DNA from: Rhizobium sp. Q54
Lineage (GTDB): Bacteria; Pseudomonadota; Alphaproteobacteria; UBA2966; CAIVPW01
DNA: 64,000 nucleotides
Direction of reading: 5' to 3'
NCBI GenBank assembly: GCA_945889645.1
Contig: CAMDCA010000006.1
Span: forward strand, 472-64,471
Shown one piece after another: positions 20,890-33,152 of the stretch; within the stretch, counting starts at the first letter, position 1, and every line of letters begins with the position of its first letter. Under the pieces are notes generated by a model that searched no databases, was not told where the DNA came from, and was given only the letters and a program-made list of their open reading frames with translations. The position numbers and the translations under genes were made by a program.

Positions 20890-21527
20890 CCGGCAAGGCC
20901 AAGCCCCGGCCACACGTCGCGCACGCCGTCGGCCATGAACTGGATCGACATGGCGGCGAGCAGGATGCCCATCACGCGGCTGACCACGTTCACGCCGGTG
21001 AGGCCGATCGCCTTCATGATCCGGTTGGCGACCAGGAAGCACAGAAAGGTCGCCATCAAGACCAGCGCCATCAAGCCAAGGATGCCGGCCTGCAGCAGCA
21101 GGTCGCCCTTGGCGGCGCTGACGTGCAGCACCATCGAGGTCATGGCGCCCGGCCCGGCGATCAGCGGGATGGCGAGCGGGAACACCGAGACGTCCTCGCG
21201 CACACCGGTCTCGGCGTCCTCGGGCGGCGTTGTGGCGCGCAGGCCCGACTGGCGCGCCGTCACCATGTCGATGGCCAGCAGCAGCAGGAGCACGCCGCCG
21301 GCGATGCGGAAGGCGGGCAGGGAGATGCCCAGCGCGCGCAGCACCGGCTCGCCGACCAGGCCGAAGCCGAGCAGTACACCGCCGGCGATGACCACGCCGC
21401 GCAGCGCCACGCGGCGGCGCTCGGCCGGTGGCAGGTGGTGGGTCAGCGCCGCGAACACCGGCGCCATGCCGGGCGGGTCGATGACCACCAGGAACGTGAT
21501 GAGGGCGGCGAACAGGGAACCGGACAT
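20886..21527 (-). CDS. MarC-family (UPF0056) integral membrane protein
   Basis: 213 aa from ATG 21527. MSGSLFAALITFLVVIDPPGMAPVFAALT...AFRIAGGVLLLLLAIDMV..., about 6 TM segments. Confidence 0.85.
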   Translation of the reverse strand: MSGSLFAALITFLVVIDPPGMAPVFAALTHHLPPAERRRVALRGVVIAGGVLLGFGLVGEPVLRALGISLPAFRIAGGVLLLLLAIDMVTARQSGLRATTPPEDAETGVREDVSVFPLAIPLIAGPGAMTSMVLHVSAAKGDLLLQAGILGLMALVLMATFLCFLVANRIMKAIGLTGVNVVSRVMGILLAAMSIQFMADGVRDVWPGLGLAG

Positions 21528-21612
21528 GGGGTGCAAGGCTTATAGCGCGGTGCGCCCGGCGGCGCGACGCGCGACCTGCGCGCGCACCCGCCAAAGAAGG
21601 TGCGGGGCCCGC

Positions 21613-21640
21613 TTGACCCTGGGGGTGGGGTCCTTTACAC
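21613..21640 (+). promoter_or_regulatory. Candidate promoter for tRNA-Asp
   Basis: TTGACC (21613-21618), a 16-nt spacer, TTACAC, then a GC-rich discriminator CCCCGGGC. About 18 nt before the mature tRNA 5' end. Confidence 0.3.
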
Positions 21641-21657
21641 CCCCGGGCACTGGCATT

Positions 21658-21734
<77 letters not shown>

Positions 21735-21913
21735 GTATTTCCAAACCGAGACGTGGCCGCAGACATCCACTGTGATGCTGTGGTCGCGCGCGCCTCAACC
21801 AAGGGCGCGCCGCTTGCATGCATAGCGCGAAAGCGAGGCGGGCGGCCGATCCTCCACCGCCCGCGCGGTACAACTGCCGCGCGTAGGGGCAGCGTGCCGC
21901 GGCAATCGCATCC

Positions 21914-21941
21914 TTGCCGGGCGTTGAAACGCCTCTATACT
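21914..21941 (+). promoter_or_regulatory. Candidate sigma-70 promoter for the nuo operon
   Basis: TTGCCG (21914-21919), a 16-nt spacer, then TATACT (21936-21941), about 85 nt upstream of the nuoA ATG. Confidence 0.3.
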
Positions 21942-22026
21942 TTGTTGTGTGTCCTGACGGGTTTGCGACAGGATGCTGCGTCAACCGGGGGGGTTGGCGC
22001 ACTATTTTCTCGGGCGAGCCGCGACA

Positions 22027-22392
22027 ATGCAGGCGTTATTGGCGGAATATCTGCCGATTCTGGTCTTTATGGCCATCGCCGCCGGTTTGGGATTGGTGAT
22101 CGTCGGCGGCTCTTGGCTGGCCGGCCACCAGAAGCCCGACGTCGAGAAGCTGTCGCCGTACGAGTGCGGCTTCGACACATTCTCCGACGCCCGCCACGAA
22201 TTCGATGTGCGCTTCTACCTCGTCGCGCTGCTTTTCATCATTTTCGACATCGAGGTCGCCTTCTTGTTCCCGTGGGCGGTTAGCCTCGGCAACATCGGCA
22301 TGTTCGGCTTCTGGTCGATGGTCGTGTTCCTCGGCGTGCTGACCGTCGGCTTCATCTATGAGTGGAAAAAGGGCGCGCTCGAATGGGAGTGA
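22027..22392 (+). CDS. nuoA: NADH-quinone oxidoreductase subunit A
   Basis: 121 aa from the internal [25 protein letters not shown]...KLSPYECGF...[23 protein letters not shown]. Confidence 0.93.
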   Translation: MQALLAEYLPILVFMAIAAGLGLVIVGGSWLAGHQKPDVEKLSPYECGFDTFSDARHEFDVRFYLVALLFIIFDIEVAFLFPWAVSLGNIGMFGFWSMVVFLGVLTVGFIYEWKKGALEWE

Positions 22393-22928
22393 TCGCTCCC
22401 ACCCCTGGCTCGCTGACCACCCGCACGGCTGAGGGCGATGACGCCTTTGCGGGCATGGCGGCGGACCTGTCCGATCGCGGCTTCCTCGTCACCAAGGTTG
22501 ACGACGTCGTCAACTGGGCGCGCACCGGCTCGCTGTGGTGGATGACGTTCGGCCTTGCGTGCTGCGCGGTCGAGATGATGCATGCGTCGATGCCGCGCTA
22601 CGACCTGGAGCGCTTCGGCATCATCCCGCGCGCCAGCCCGCGCCAGTCCGACCTGATGATCGTCGCCGGCACGCTGACCAACAAAATGGCCCCGGCGCTG
22701 CGCAAGGTTTACGACCAGATGGCCGAGCCGCGCTGGGTCATCTCTATGGGCAGCTGCGCCAACGGCGGCGGCTACTACCACTACTCGTACTCGGTGGTGC
22801 GCGGCTGCGACCGCATTGTGCCGGTCGATATCTACGTTCCGGGCTGCCCGCCGACCGCCGAAGCGCTGGTCTACGGCATCCTGCAGTTGCAAAAGAAGAT
22901 CCGGAGGACCGGGACCATCGCCCGCTAG
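22383..22928 (+). CDS. nuoB: NADH-quinone oxidoreductase subunit B
   Basis: [37 protein letters not shown] and YVPGCPP (cluster N2 ligands). The start overlaps the end of nuoA. Confidence 0.95.
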   Translation: MGVIAPTPGSLTTRTAEGDDAFAGMAADLSDRGFLVTKVDDVVNWARTGSLWWMTFGLACCAVEMMHASMPRYDLERFGIIPRASPRQSDLMIVAGTLTNKMAPALRKVYDQMAEPRWVISMGSCANGGGYYHYSYSVVRGCDRIVPVDIYVPGCPPTAEALVYGILQLQKKIRRTGTIAR

Positions 22929-22960
22929 CGCGGGTGGGTGGGGCCAGGGTTCGGACTGCG

Positions 22961-23626
22961 ATGGACAACGACGCAGCCCTCCGAGAGTTGTCGGACGCAG
23001 TCACCGCCGGGGTGCCCGGCGTCGTGACGGCATCCAAGATCGCCGTCGGCCAACTGACTCTGTCGTGTGAAGCGGCCGATCTGACTCGCGTTCTGACGTT
23101 CCTGCGCGACAACGCCACGGCGCCGTTCCAGCAGTTCGTCGACTTGGCCGCGGTGGACTGGCCGAGCCGGGTGCGCCGCTTTGACGTCGTCTACAACTTG
23201 CTGTCGCTGACGCGGAACCTGCGCGCGCGCGTGAAGGTCGAGACCGACGAGTCGACTCCGGTCCCATCGGTGATCGATGTCTACCGCGCGGCCGGTTGGT
23301 ACGAGCGCGAGGCGTGGGACTTGTACGGCGTGCTGTTCTCCGGCCATCCGGACCTGCGCCGCATCCTGACCGACTACGGCTTCGAGGGTCATCCGCTGCG
23401 GAAGGACTTTCCGCTCACCGGCTACGTCGAGGTGCGCTACGACGCCGAACAGAAGCGCGTCGTGTACGAGCCCGTGTCGCTGACACAAGAGTTCCGCACC
23501 TTCGACTTCCTCAGCCCGTGGGAAGGTGCGCAGTACATTCTTCCTGGCGATGAGAAGGCGCGTGCTGCGGACGCAGCAAAGCAGAATCCTGCAGCAGCGC
23601 CTGCCGCGCCGCCCAAGGCGAACTGA
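22961..23626 (+). CDS. nuoC: NADH-quinone oxidoreductase subunit C
   Basis: 221 aa from the internal ATG. ...FDVVYNLLS...[46 protein letters not shown]. Confidence 0.95.
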   Translation: MDNDAALRELSDAVTAGVPGVVTASKIAVGQLTLSCEAADLTRVLTFLRDNATAPFQQFVDLAAVDWPSRVRRFDVVYNLLSLTRNLRARVKVETDESTPVPSVIDVYRAAGWYEREAWDLYGVLFSGHPDLRRILTDYGFEGHPLRKDFPLTGYVEVRYDAEQKRVVYEPVSLTQEFRTFDFLSPWEGAQYILPGDEKARAADAAKQNPAAAPAAPPKAN

Positions 23627-23629
23627 GCC

Positions 23630-24808
23630 ATGGGCGAAACCCAGATCGCCAATTACACGATCAACTTCGGGCCGCAGCATCCGGCCGCGCACGGCGTGCT
23701 GCGCCTGGTGATGGAGCTCGACGGTGAGGTCGTGGCGCGGGCCGATCCGCACATCGGGCTGCTGCATCGCGGCACCGAGAAGCTGATCGAGCACAAGACT
23801 TACGCCCAGGCGATCCCGTACTTCGATCGCCTCGATTACGTGTCGATGATGTGCCAGGAGCACGCCTTCGTGCTTGCAGCCGAGAAGCTGCTCGGCCTGC
23901 AGGTGCCGCTGCGCGGCCAGTACATCCGCGTGCTGTTCAGCGAGATCACGCGCATCCTCAACCATCTGCTCAACGTGACGACCCAGGGCATGGACGTCGG
24001 CGCCATCACGCCGACGCTGTGGGGCTTCGAGGAGCGCGAGAAGCTCATGGAGTTCTACGAGCGCGTGTCGGGCGCTCGCATGCACGCCAACTATTTCCGC
24101 GTCGGCGGCGTCCACCAGGACATGCCGGACGGACTGGCGGAAGACATCATGGCCTTCACGGCGACCTTCCCGAGGGCGCTGGACGATATTGAGGCGCTAC
24201 TGACGGAGAATCGCATCTTCAAGCAGCGCAACGTCGACATCGGCATCATCAGCGCCAAGGACGCCATCGACTGGGGCTTCACCGGCGTGATGCTGCGCGG
24301 CTCGGGCGTCGCCTGGGACCTGCGCAAGTCGCAGCCGTACGAAGTCTACGACCGCATGAGCTTTGACATTCCGGTCGGCAAGCATGGCGACTGCTACGAC
24401 CGCTACGTGTGCCGCATTGAAGAGATGCGCCAGAGCGTCGGCATCATCCAGCAGTGCCTGCGCGAAATGCCGGCCGGCCCGGTGATCGCCGACGACCACA
24501 AGATCGTGCCGCCGCGCCGCAGCGAGATGAAGGCGACCATGGAGTCGCTGATCCATCACTTCAAGCTGTTCACCGAAGGTCACCGCGTGCCGGCCGGCGA
24601 GGTCTATGCCGCGGTCGAGGCGCCGAAGGGCGAGTTCGGCGTGTTCCTGGTGTCCGACGGCGAGAACCGCCCGTACCGCTGCAAGATCCGCGCGCCGGGC
24701 TTTGCGCACTTGCAGGCGCTGGAATTCATGACGCGCGGCCACATGCTGGCCGACGCAGTCGCCATCATCGGCACGTTGGACATCGTGTTCGGCGAGATCG
24801 ATCGATGA
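23630..24808 (+). CDS. nuoD: NADH-quinone oxidoreductase subunit D
   Basis: 392 aa. [24 protein letters not shown]...[12 protein letters not shown]...[11 protein letters not shown]...[11 protein letters not shown]. Confidence 0.97.
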   Translation: MGETQIANYTINFGPQHPAAHGVLRLVMELDGEVVARADPHIGLLHRGTEKLIEHKTYAQAIPYFDRLDYVSMMCQEHAFVLAAEKLLGLQVPLRGQYIRVLFSEITRILNHLLNVTTQGMDVGAITPTLWGFEEREKLMEFYERVSGARMHANYFRVGGVHQDMPDGLAEDIMAFTATFPRALDDIEALLTENRIFKQRNVDIGIISAKDAIDWGFTGVMLRGSGVAWDLRKSQPYEVYDRMSFDIPVGKHGDCYDRYVCRIEEMRQSVGIIQQCLREMPAGPVIADDHKIVPPRRSEMKATMESLIHHFKLFTEGHRVPAGEVYAAVEAPKGEFGVFLVSDGENRPYRCKIRAPGFAHLQALEFMTRGHMLADAVAIIGTLDIVFGEIDR

Positions 24809-25389
24809 GCGCAAAAGTCGAAGCCTTTACGTTCTCCGCCGAGAACGTCGCCAAGGCGAAGGTGATCGTCGCCAAATATCCGTCCGGCAAGCACCAGAGC
24901 GCGCTGCTTCCGCTGCTCGACCTGGCGCAGCGCCAGCACGGCGGCTGGCTGCCGCGCGCGGCGATGGATCATGTCGCGGCGTTTTTGGGGTTGGCGCCGA
25001 TCCGCGTGTACGAAGTCGCCACCTTTTACACGATGTACAACTTGAAGCCGGTGGGCACCCATCACGTCCAGGTGTGCACGACGACGCCCTGCTGGCTGCG
25101 CGGCTCCGACCAGGTGGTCGATGCGTGCCGCAAGCGCCTCGGCGTTGACGTCGGTGAGACGACTCCGGATGGCAAGTTCACGCTGAGCGAAGTCGAGTGC
25201 CTCGCCGCCTGCGTCAACGCGCCGGTGGCGTGGATCGGCGACGATTTCTATGAGGATCTCGACGGCGCTTCGATGACCAAGCTGCTCGATGACATCGCCG
25301 CCGGCAAGCAGCCGAAGCCGGGCCCGCAAGTGAAGCGCCAGACTTCGGCGCCGATCAGCGGCGCCAAGACGCTGACAAAGAATTCCTGA
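24805..25389 (+). CDS. nuoE: NADH-quinone oxidoreductase subunit E
   Basis: 194 aa, ATGA overlap with nuoD. [2Fe-2S] cysteines in [11 protein letters not shown]...[10 protein letters not shown]. Confidence 0.95.
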   Translation: MSAKVEAFTFSAENVAKAKVIVAKYPSGKHQSALLPLLDLAQRQHGGWLPRAAMDHVAAFLGLAPIRVYEVATFYTMYNLKPVGTHHVQVCTTTPCWLRGSDQVVDACRKRLGVDVGETTPDGKFTLSEVECLAACVNAPVAWIGDDFYEDLDGASMTKLLDDIAAGKQPKPGPQVKRQTSAPISGAKTLTKNS

Positions 25390-26681
25390 TGCTGGCCGAC
25401 AGCGATCGCATCTTCACCAACCTGTACGGCACCGGCGATTGGCGCCTGGCGGGGGCGCGCGCGCGCGGCGACTGGTCGGGCACCAAGGACCTGATTGCCA
25501 AGGGCGAGGACTGGATCATCGACGAGATGAAGCAGTCCGGCTTGCGCGGCCGCGGCGGCGCCGGCTTTCCGACCGGCATGAAGTGGTCCTTCATGCCGAA
25601 GAAGTCCGACGGGCGTCCGCAGTTCCTGGTCGTCAATGCCGACGAAGGCGAGCCCGGCACGTGCAAAGACCGCGACATGATGCGCCACGATCCGCACAAG
25701 CTGCTCGAAGGCTGCTTGCTCGCCGGCTTCGCCATGCGCTGCCAGGCTGCCTACATTTACATCCGCGGCGAATTGATCCGCGAAGCCGAGGTCCTGCAAG
25801 CGGCAATCGACGAAGCATATGACGCCGGGCTGATCGGTAAGAACGCGTGCGGCTCGGGCTACGACTTCGACATCTTCGTGCACCGTGGCGCCGGCGCGTA
25901 CATCTGCGGCGAAGAGATGGCGCTCATCGAGAGCCTCGAAGGCAAGCCCGGCAAGCCGCGCCTGAAGCCGCCGTTCCCGGCAGCATCGGGCGTGTGGGGC
26001 TGCCCGACGACGGTCAACAACGTCGAGACCATCGCGGTGGCGCCGGCCATCCTGCGCCGCGGCGCCAAGTGGTTTGCTTCGTTCGGCCGCCCGAACAACA
26101 CTGGCACCAAGGTATTCTGCATCTCGGGCCACGTGAACGCGCCGTGCAACGTCGAAGAGTCGATGAGCATTCCGATGCGCGAGCTGATCGAGAAACACGC
26201 CGGCGGCGTGCGCGGCGGCTGGGACAACCTGCTGGCGGTGATCCCCGGTGGGTCATCCACGCCGCTGATCCCCAAGTCCGTGTGCGACACGGTGCTCATG
26301 GACTTCGACGCGCTGCGCGACGTGAAGTCGGGCCTCGGCACCGCCGCAGTCATCGTCATGGACAAGTCCACCGACCTCATCAAGGCGATCGCGCGCCTGG
26401 CCAAGTTCTACATGCACGAGAGCTGCGGCCAGTGCACACCGTGCCGCGAGGGCACCGGCTGGCTGTGGCGCATGCTGGAACGCATGGCGCGCGGCGATGC
26501 CAAAGTCGAGGAGATCGACCTGCTGCTCGACGTCGCCAACGAGATCGACGGCCACACCATCTGCGCGTTGGGTGACGCGGCGGCGTGGCCGATCCAGGGG
26601 TTGATCCGGCACTTCCGGCCGATGATCGAAGAGCGCATCTTGCCCAAGCGGCTCAGACCGCTGCCAAACGCGGCGGAATAG
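25389..26681 (+). CDS. nuoF: NADH-quinone oxidoreductase subunit F
   Basis: 430 aa. [18 protein letters not shown] (FMN/NADH site), [12 protein letters not shown] (N3 cluster). Confidence 0.97.
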   Translation: MLADSDRIFTNLYGTGDWRLAGARARGDWSGTKDLIAKGEDWIIDEMKQSGLRGRGGAGFPTGMKWSFMPKKSDGRPQFLVVNADEGEPGTCKDRDMMRHDPHKLLEGCLLAGFAMRCQAAYIYIRGELIREAEVLQAAIDEAYDAGLIGKNACGSGYDFDIFVHRGAGAYICGEEMALIESLEGKPGKPRLKPPFPAASGVWGCPTTVNNVETIAVAPAILRRGAKWFASFGRPNNTGTKVFCISGHVNAPCNVEESMSIPMRELIEKHAGGVRGGWDNLLAVIPGGSSTPLIPKSVCDTVLMDFDALRDVKSGLGTAAVIVMDKSTDLIKAIARLAKFYMHESCGQCTPCREGTGWLWRMLERMARGDAKVEEIDLLLDVANEIDGHTICALGDAAAWPIQGLIRHFRPMIEERILPKRLRPLPNAAE

Positions 26682-26702
26682 GCGGAGCGGGGGAGGGACG
26701 CG

Positions 26703-28769
26703 ATGCCGAAGCTGACAATCGACGGAACCGAACTTACGGTACCTGCGGGCACCACAGTGCTGCAGGCGTGCGAGCAGCTCGGCATCGAGGTTCCGCGTTT
26801 CTGCTATCACGACCGCCTGCAGATCGCCGGCAACTGCCGCATGTGCCTGGTCGAGATGGAGAAGTCTCCCAAGCCGATCGCCAGCTGCGCCATGCCGGTC
26901 AACGAAGGCATGGTGATCCGCACCAACACGCCGAAGGTGAAGAAGGCGCGTCAGGGCGTGATGGAGTTCCTGCTCATCAACCATCCGCTCGACTGCCCTA
27001 TCTGCGACCAGGGCGGCGAGTGCGACCTGCAGGACCAGGCGATGGGCTACGGCATGGACCGCAGCCGCTACGACGAACACAAGCGCGCGGTGCCGGACAA
27101 AGACCTTGGTCCGCTGATCTCGACCCACATGACGCGCTGCATCCACTGCACGCGCTGCATCCGTTTCGCCACAGACATTGCCGGCGTCGAGGAGATGGGT
27201 GCGCTTGGCCGCGGCGAGCACATGGAGATCGGCACCTACGTCGAGAAGGCGATCACGTCCGAGATGTCGGGCAACATGATCGATCTGTGCCCGGTCGGCG
27301 CGCTGAACTCGAAGCCGTACGCTTACACCGCGCGCACCTGGGAACTGGTGCGCACCGAGACGATCGACGTCCTCGACGCGGTCGGCAGCAACATCAACGT
27401 GCAGGCGCGCGGCCGCGAGGTGATGCGCGTGCTCCCACGCCTGAACGAGGACATCAACGAGGAGTGGATCTCCGACAAGACCCGCTTCGCCTATGATGGC
27501 CTGCGCCGCGGGCGCCTCGATCAGCCCTACGTGCGCACCAACGGCAAGCTGCAGCCTGCTTCCTGGAAGGAAGCGTTGACCGCCGTGGCCGCGCGCATGA
27601 CGTCGCTCGGCGGCCACAGCATGGCGGCAATTGCCGGCGATCAGGCGTGCGTCGAATCCATGGCCGCGCTCAAGGACCTGTTCCGCGAGTCGGGCTCGCC
27701 GCATATCGATTGCCGCCAGGACGGCGCCAAGCTCGATGCGGCGGTGCGCGCCAGCTACCTGTTCAACACCACCATCGCCGGCATCGAAGAAGCCGACGTT
27801 TGCCTGTTGGTCGGCACCAATCCGCGTTGGGAAGCGGCGCTGGTCAACGCGCGCCTGCGCAAGCGCTACCTGCGCGGCGGCTTCCGCGTGTTCTCGATCG
27901 GCCCGCGCCTCGACCTGACGTTCCTGGTGGAGAACCTCGGCAGCGGCCCCGAGACGCTGGGCGCCATCGCCGGCGGCGGGCATCCGTTCGTCGAGACCCT
28001 CGCCGGCGCCAAGCGGCCAATGATGATCGTCGGCCAAGGCGCGCTGGCGCGCGCGGATGGCGCCGCAATTCTTGCCGCCGCGTGGCGCGTCGCCGTCACC
28101 TGTCGCATGGTGCGCGAAGGGTGGAACGGCTTCAACGTGCTGCACACCGCGGCGGCGCGCGTCGGCGGCCTCGACATCGGCTTTGTACCGGGTGCGGAGG
28201 GCGGCCTCGACGTCAACGGCATCCTCGACGGCGCGACCGCCGGCAAGATCGGATTGGTCTACCTGCTCGGTGCCGACGAGATCGACATGAAGCGCCTCGG
28301 CTCGGCGTTCGTCGTCTACCAGGGCCACCACGGCGACACCGGCGCGCATCGTGCCGATGTCATCCTGCCCGGCGCTGCCTACACCGAGAAGGCCGCGACC
28401 TACGTCAATACCGAAGGCCGCGTGCAGCAGACGCGCCGCGTTGTGTTTCCGCCGGGCGAGGCCCGCGAGGATTGGGCCATCGTACGGGCGCTGGGCGAAG
28501 CGGTCGGCGTCCGCCTGCCGTACGACACCGTTGCCGAGTTGCGCCATCGCTTGGAAGCGGAACACCCGCACCTGGGCAAGCGCGATACGGTTCCGCGCGC
28601 GCCGTGGAGCAGCTTCGGCACCGAAGGCCGCATGGACACGGCGCCGTTCGTCAGCCCGATCGACGACTACTACATGACCGACGCCATCTGCCGCGCCTCG
28701 GAAACCATGGCCGAATGCAGCGCGTTGTTCGTGGCCAACATCCAAGGCGCGACCGGCACGCATGGGTGA
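26703..28769 (+). CDS. nuoG: NADH-quinone oxidoreductase subunit G
   Basis: 688 aa. [48 protein letters not shown]...CPVGAL. Confidence 0.97.
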   Translation: MPKLTIDGTELTVPAGTTVLQACEQLGIEVPRFCYHDRLQIAGNCRMCLVEMEKSPKPIASCAMPVNEGMVIRTNTPKVKKARQGVMEFLLINHPLDCPICDQGGECDLQDQAMGYGMDRSRYDEHKRAVPDKDLGPLISTHMTRCIHCTRCIRFATDIAGVEEMGALGRGEHMEIGTYVEKAITSEMSGNMIDLCPVGALNSKPYAYTARTWELVRTETIDVLDAVGSNINVQARGREVMRVLPRLNEDINEEWISDKTRFAYDGLRRGRLDQPYVRTNGKLQPASWKEALTAVAARMTSLGGHSMAAIAGDQACVESMAALKDLFRESGSPHIDCRQDGAKLDAAVRASYLFNTTIAGIEEADVCLLVGTNPRWEAALVNARLRKRYLRGGFRVFSIGPRLDLTFLVENLGSGPETLGAIAGGGHPFVETLAGAKRPMMIVGQGALARADGAAILAAAWRVAVTCRMVREGWNGFNVLHTAAARVGGLDIGFVPGAEGGLDVNGILDGATAGKIGLVYLLGADEIDMKRLGSAFVVYQGHHGDTGAHRADVILPGAAYTEKAATYVNTEGRVQQTRRVVFPPGEAREDWAIVRALGEAVGVRLPYDTVAELRHRLEAEHPHLGKRDTVPRAPWSSFGTEGRMDTAPFVSPIDDYYMTDAICRASETMAECSALFVANIQGATGTHG

Positions 28770-29775
28770 GTTCTGGTCCGGTTACGCCATCCCCGGCATC
28801 TGGATCGTTACCAAGATCCTGGCGCTGCTGATTCCGTTGCTGCTCTCGGTCGCTTACCTGACGTGGTTCGAGCGCAAGGTGATGGCCGCGATGCAACTGC
28901 GCATGGGCCCGAACGTGGTCGGCCCGTGGGGCCTGTGGCAGCCGTTCGCCGACGCCATCAAGATGGTCGTCAAAGAGACCATCATCCCGACCAAGGCAAA
29001 TCCGGGCGTCTTCCTGCTGGCGCCGATGCTGACCTTCGGCCTGGCGGTGATCGCCTGGGCGGTGATGCCAGTCGGCGACGGGCTGGTGATCTCCAACCTC
29101 AACGTCGGCGTCCTCTACCTGTTCGCGATCTCGTCGCTCGGGGTCTACGGCGTCGTCATGGCCGGCTGGGCATCGAACTCGCGCTATGCATTCCTCGGCG
29201 CGCTGCGCAGTGCGGCACAGATGGTGAGCTACGAAGTCTCGATGGGCTTCGTCATCATCTCGGTGCTGCTATGCGTCGGCTCGCTGAACCTGTCCGACAT
29301 CGTCCGCGCCCAGGAGACCGTGTGGTTCGTCTTCCCGTTGCTGCCGATGGCGGTGGTGTTCTTCATTTCGGCGCTGGCCGAGACCAATCGCCACCCGTTC
29401 GACCTGCCGGAAGCCGAATCGGAACTGGTCGCCGGCCATCTGGTCGAGTACTCGGCCATGACCTTCGGCCTGTTCTTCCTCGGCGAATACGCCAACATGA
29501 TCCTAATGAGCGGCATGACGACAGTGCTGTTCCTCGGCGGTTGGCTGCCGCCGATCGACATCGCGCCGTTCAACTGGATTCCGGGGCCGATTTGGTTCGC
29601 CCTCAAGATTGCCGCGCTGCTGTTCGTGTTCGTCTGGGTCCGCGCCACCTTCCCGCGCTATCGCTACGACCAGCTGATGCGGCTGGGGTGGAAGGTCTTC
29701 CTGCCGCTCTCACTCCTGTGGGTCGTGCTGACCGCGGGCGTATTGGTGGCATTCGGCTGGGCGCCGGGAGCTTAG
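28762..29775 (+). CDS. nuoH: NADH-quinone oxidoreductase subunit H
   Basis: 337 aa polytopic. [36 protein letters not shown]...[19 protein letters not shown]. Confidence 0.96.
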   Translation: MGEFWSGYAIPGIWIVTKILALLIPLLLSVAYLTWFERKVMAAMQLRMGPNVVGPWGLWQPFADAIKMVVKETIIPTKANPGVFLLAPMLTFGLAVIAWAVMPVGDGLVISNLNVGVLYLFAISSLGVYGVVMAGWASNSRYAFLGALRSAAQMVSYEVSMGFVIISVLLCVGSLNLSDIVRAQETVWFVFPLLPMAVVFFISALAETNRHPFDLPEAESELVAGHLVEYSAMTFGLFFLGEYANMILMSGMTTVLFLGGWLPPIDIAPFNWIPGPIWFALKIAALLFVFVWVRATFPRYRYDQLMRLGWKVFLPLSLLWVVLTAGVLVAFGWAPGA

Positions 29776-29779
29776 GTCC

Positions 29780-30268
29780 ATGAGCGCACTGGTCAATGTC
29801 GTCCGTTCGATGTTCCTGTTGGAGCTGCTCTCTGGCATGGGGTTGACGTTCCGCTACATGTTCCGGCCGCGTAAGACGCTCAACTACCCGCACGAAAAAG
29901 GTCCGTTGAGCCCGCGCTTCCGCGGTGAGCATGCGTTGCGCCGCTATCCCAACGGCGAGGAACGCTGCATCGCCTGCAAGCTGTGCGAGGCGGTGTGTCC
30001 GGCGCTGGCCATCACCATCGAGTCCGAGCCGCGCGACGACGGCAGCCGCCGCACCACGCGCTACGACATCGACATGACCAAGTGCATCTATTGCGGACTG
30101 TGCCAGGAGGCATGCCCGGTCGACGCCATCGTCGAGGGCCCGAACTTCGAGTTTGCCACCGAGACGCGCGAAGAGCTGTACTACGACAAGAACAAGCTAA
30201 TGGCGAACGGCGACCGCTGGGAGGCCGAGATCGCGGCCAACCTCGCCGCCGACGCGAAGTACCGCTAG
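29780..30268 (+). CDS. nuoI: NADH-quinone oxidoreductase subunit I
   Basis: 162 aa with two 4Fe-4S ferredoxin motifs, [12 protein letters not shown] and [12 protein letters not shown]. Confidence 0.97.
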   Translation: MSALVNVVRSMFLLELLSGMGLTFRYMFRPRKTLNYPHEKGPLSPRFRGEHALRRYPNGEERCIACKLCEAVCPALAITIESEPRDDGSRRTTRYDIDMTKCIYCGLCQEACPVDAIVEGPNFEFATETREELYYDKNKLMANGDRWEAEIAANLAADAKYR

Positions 30269-30279
30269 GCGCCCCCCGG

Positions 30280-30900
30280 ATGCTGATCCAGTTCATCGCC
30301 TTCTATGTGTTCGCGGCCGTGTGCGTCGGCTCCGCGCTGATGGTGATTGCCGCACGCAATCCCGTGCACTCGGTGCTGTTCCTGATCCTGACGTTCTTCA
30401 ACGCCGCCGGCATCTTTGTTCTGGCCGGCGCCGAGTTCCTCGCCATGACCCTGGTGATCGTTTACGTCGGCGCGGTGGCGGTGCTGTTCCTGTTCGTCGT
30501 CATGATGCTCGACATCAACTTCGTGCGCCTGCGCCAAGGCTTCATGCAGTACCTGCCGATCGGCGCCACCGTCGGCGCGTTGTTGCTGGTCGAGTTGCTG
30601 CTGGTGATCGGCATCGTCGTCGATTCGCCCGACGCCGGCGGCCTCGGCGGCGCGCCCATGCCGCCGGTCGAGCGCCAGAGCAACACGCATGCGCTCGGTG
30701 CGTTGCTCTACACGCGCTACATGTACCTGTTCCAGGCGGCGGGCATGGTCCTGCTGGTCGCCATGATCGGCGCCATCGTGCTGACATATCGCGTACGCAC
30801 CGGCGTTCGGAAGCAGAGCATCGCGGCCCAGGTCGGGCGCCATCGCGCGGACGCGGTGGAGATGAAGAAGGTCGCCACGGGCACCGGAGTCACCCTCTGA
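30280..30900 (+). CDS. nuoJ: NADH-quinone oxidoreductase subunit J
   Basis: 206 aa from the internal [69 protein letters not shown]. Confidence 0.92.
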   Translation: MLIQFIAFYVFAAVCVGSALMVIAARNPVHSVLFLILTFFNAAGIFVLAGAEFLAMTLVIVYVGAVAVLFLFVVMMLDINFVRLRQGFMQYLPIGATVGALLLVELLLVIGIVVDSPDAGGLGGAPMPPVERQSNTHALGALLYTRYMYLFQAAGMVLLVAMIGAIVLTYRVRTGVRKQSIAAQVGRHRADAVEMKKVATGTGVTL

Positions 30901-31214
30901 TGGCCACCGTCATTCCGCTCGGCCACTTCCTGACGGTTGCGGCGATCCTGTTCACGCTCGGCGTGCTCGGGATCTTCCTCAACCGCAAGAACGTCATCAT
31001 CATCCTGATGTCGATTGAGCTGATGCTGCTTGCCGTCAACCTCAACCTGGTGGCGTTCTCGGCCCACCTCAACGACATGGTCGGGCAGGTGTTCGCCATG
31101 TTCGTGCTCACGGTGGCCGCCGCCGAGGCAGCCATCGGCCTCGCCATCCTGGTCGTGTACTTCCGCAACCGCGGCACTGTCGCGGTCGAAGACATCAGCC
31201 TGATGAAGGGCTGA
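30900..31214 (+). CDS. nuoK: NADH-quinone oxidoreductase subunit K
   Basis: 104 aa; the start overlaps the nuoJ stop (TGATG). [27 protein letters not shown]...[13 protein letters not shown]. Confidence 0.94.
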   Translation: MATVIPLGHFLTVAAILFTLGVLGIFLNRKNVIIILMSIELMLLAVNLNLVAFSAHLNDMVGQVFAMFVLTVAAAEAAIGLAILVVYFRNRGTVAVEDISLMKG

Positions 31215-31218
31215 TCCG

Positions 31219-33150
31219 ATGCTGTACGGACTGATCGTCTTCCTGCCGCTCGTCGGCGCCGCAGTCGCGGGCATTTTCGGCCACTGGCTGGGCAACCGCG
31301 GCTCGCAGATGGTGACCACCGGCCTGGTGACCGCCGCGGCCCTGCTGTCGCTGGCGGCGTTCTGGTTCGTCGCCCTGCAAGGCCAGGTTGCCGTGGTCGA
31401 GGTGCTGCCGTGGATTTCTTCGGGCGGACTGGAGGCCAACTGGACCGTGCGCGTCGACCAGCTCACGGCGGTGATGCTGGTGGTGGTCACCAGCGTGTCG
31501 GCCGTCGTGCATTGGTACTCGATCGGCTACATGCACAACGATCCCCACAACCCGCGGTTCTTCGCTTACCTGTCGCTGTTCACCTTTGCGATGCTGGCGC
31601 TGGTGACCGCGGACAACTTCCTGCAGATGTTCTTCGGCTGGGAAGGCGTCGGCCTGTGCTCGTACCTGCTGATCGGCTTCTGGTACGAAAAGCCGTCGGC
31701 CAACGCTGCGGCAATCAAGGCGTTCATCGTCAACCGGGTCGGCGACTTTGGCTTCGCGCTCGGCATCTGCGGCGTGTTCTTTGTCTTTCAGACGATCTCG
31801 TTCGAAGAAGTGTTCCAGGCGGTGCCGCGCTTCGTCGACACCGACATCGAGTTCCTCGGCGGCCACTTCGACACGCTGACCGCGCTGACGATGCTGCTGT
31901 TCGTCGGCGCCATGGGTAAGTCGGCCCAGATCGGCTTGCACACCTGGCTGCCGGACGCGATGGAAGGCCCGACGCCAGTGTCCGCCCTCATCCACGCCGC
32001 CACCATGGTGACGGCCGGCGTGTTCATGGTGGCGCGTCTTTCGCCGATGTTCGAGTACGCCGAGTTCACCCTGATGGTCGTCACCATCGTCGGCGCGCTT
32101 ACCGCCATCATGGCGGCGACCATCGGGCTGGTGCAGAACGACATCAAACGCGTGATCGCGTATTCGACCTGCAGCCAGCTCGGCTACATGTTCTTCGCTT
32201 GCGGCGTGTCGGCGTACTCCGCCGGCATCTTCCACCTCTTCACCCACGCCTTCTTCAAGGCACTTCTGTTCCTCGGTGCCGGTTCTGTCATTCACGCCTT
32301 CTCGGGCGAGCAGGACATGCGGCGCATGGGCGGCGTGTGGAGCATGATTCCGCTGACCTACGCGCTGATGTGGATCGGTAGCCTGGCGCTGGCGGGCATG
32401 CCGCTGTTCGCCGGCTTCTATTCCAAGGACGTGATCCTCGAAGCGGCGTGGGGCGCGCACAGCGGGGCGGGGCAGCTAGCCTTCGTCCTCGGCATCGTCG
32501 CCGCCGCGCTGACCGCGTTCTACTCCTGGCGCCTCTTGTTCCTGACGTTCCACGGCAAGAGCCGCGCCGACCACGACGTGTTGCACCATGTGCATGAATC
32601 GCCGCCGGTGATGACCGTTCCGCTGATGGTCTTGGCCGTCGGTGCGGTGTTCGCCGGCATGATCTTCGCGCCGTACTTCGTCGGCGAGGACCCTAGCTTT
32701 TGGGGTGAATCGATCTTCGTCCTCGAAGGGCATACGGCACTGGAGAACGCCCACCACGCTCCGCTGTGGGTCAAGCTGGCGCCGACCGTCGTCGCCGTTC
32801 TCGGCATCGCCACGGCGTGGTGGATGTACGTGAAGCGACCGGAAATCCCGGCCCGCCTCGCCGCCGCGAACGGCCTGCTGTATCGCTTTTTCTTGAACAA
32901 GTGGTACTTCGACGAGCTTTACGACATCCTCTTCGTGCGCGCGGCCAAGGCCATCGGGACGTTCTTCTGGCACCGCGGCGATGAGCGCACGATCGACCGC
33001 TTCGGCCCGAACGGCGTCGCGGCGCGGGTGATGGACATCGCGCGGCGCGCAACGCGCCTACAGACCGGCTACGTCTACCACTACGCGTTCGTGATGCTGG
33101 CAGGGCTCGTTCTGTTTGTGTCTTGGTACCTCGTGTCGGCAGGGCTGTAG
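31219..33150 (+). CDS. nuoL: NADH-quinone oxidoreductase subunit L
   Basis: 643 aa Mrp-antiporter-like. FFGWEGVGLCSYLLIGFW...GKSAQIGLHTWLPDAMEGPTPVSALIHAATMVTAG. Confidence 0.96.
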   Translation: MLYGLIVFLPLVGAAVAGIFGHWLGNRGSQMVTTGLVTAAALLSLAAFWFVALQGQVAVVEVLPWISSGGLEANWTVRVDQLTAVMLVVVTSVSAVVHWYSIGYMHNDPHNPRFFAYLSLFTFAMLALVTADNFLQMFFGWEGVGLCSYLLIGFWYEKPSANAAAIKAFIVNRVGDFGFALGICGVFFVFQTISFEEVFQAVPRFVDTDIEFLGGHFDTLTALTMLLFVGAMGKSAQIGLHTWLPDAMEGPTPVSALIHAATMVTAGVFMVARLSPMFEYAEFTLMVVTIVGALTAIMAATIGLVQNDIKRVIAYSTCSQLGYMFFACGVSAYSAGIFHLFTHAFFKALLFLGAGSVIHAFSGEQDMRRMGGVWSMIPLTYALMWIGSLALAGMPLFAGFYSKDVILEAAWGAHSGAGQLAFVLGIVAAALTAFYSWRLLFLTFHGKSRADHDVLHHVHESPPVMTVPLMVLAVGAVFAGMIFAPYFVGEDPSFWGESIFVLEGHTALENAHHAPLWVKLAPTVVAVLGIATAWWMYVKRPEIPARLAAANGLLYRFFLNKWYFDELYDILFVRAAKAIGTFFWHRGDERTIDRFGPNGVAARVMDIARRATRLQTGYVYHYAFVMLAGLVLFVSWYLVSAGL

Positions 33151-33152
33151 GC

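Noticed and set aside
26253-28763. 836-aa minus-strand ORF antisense to nuoF/nuoG. Similar cases: 33081..35591 antisense to nuoM/N, 31195..32460 antisense to nuoL, 54819..56420 antisense to bamA, and 242..1201 (+) antisense to glnA.
   Set aside because: All lie opposite strongly identified genes in the frame where high GC3 suppresses stop codons. None has a motif, a plausible start context or independent support.
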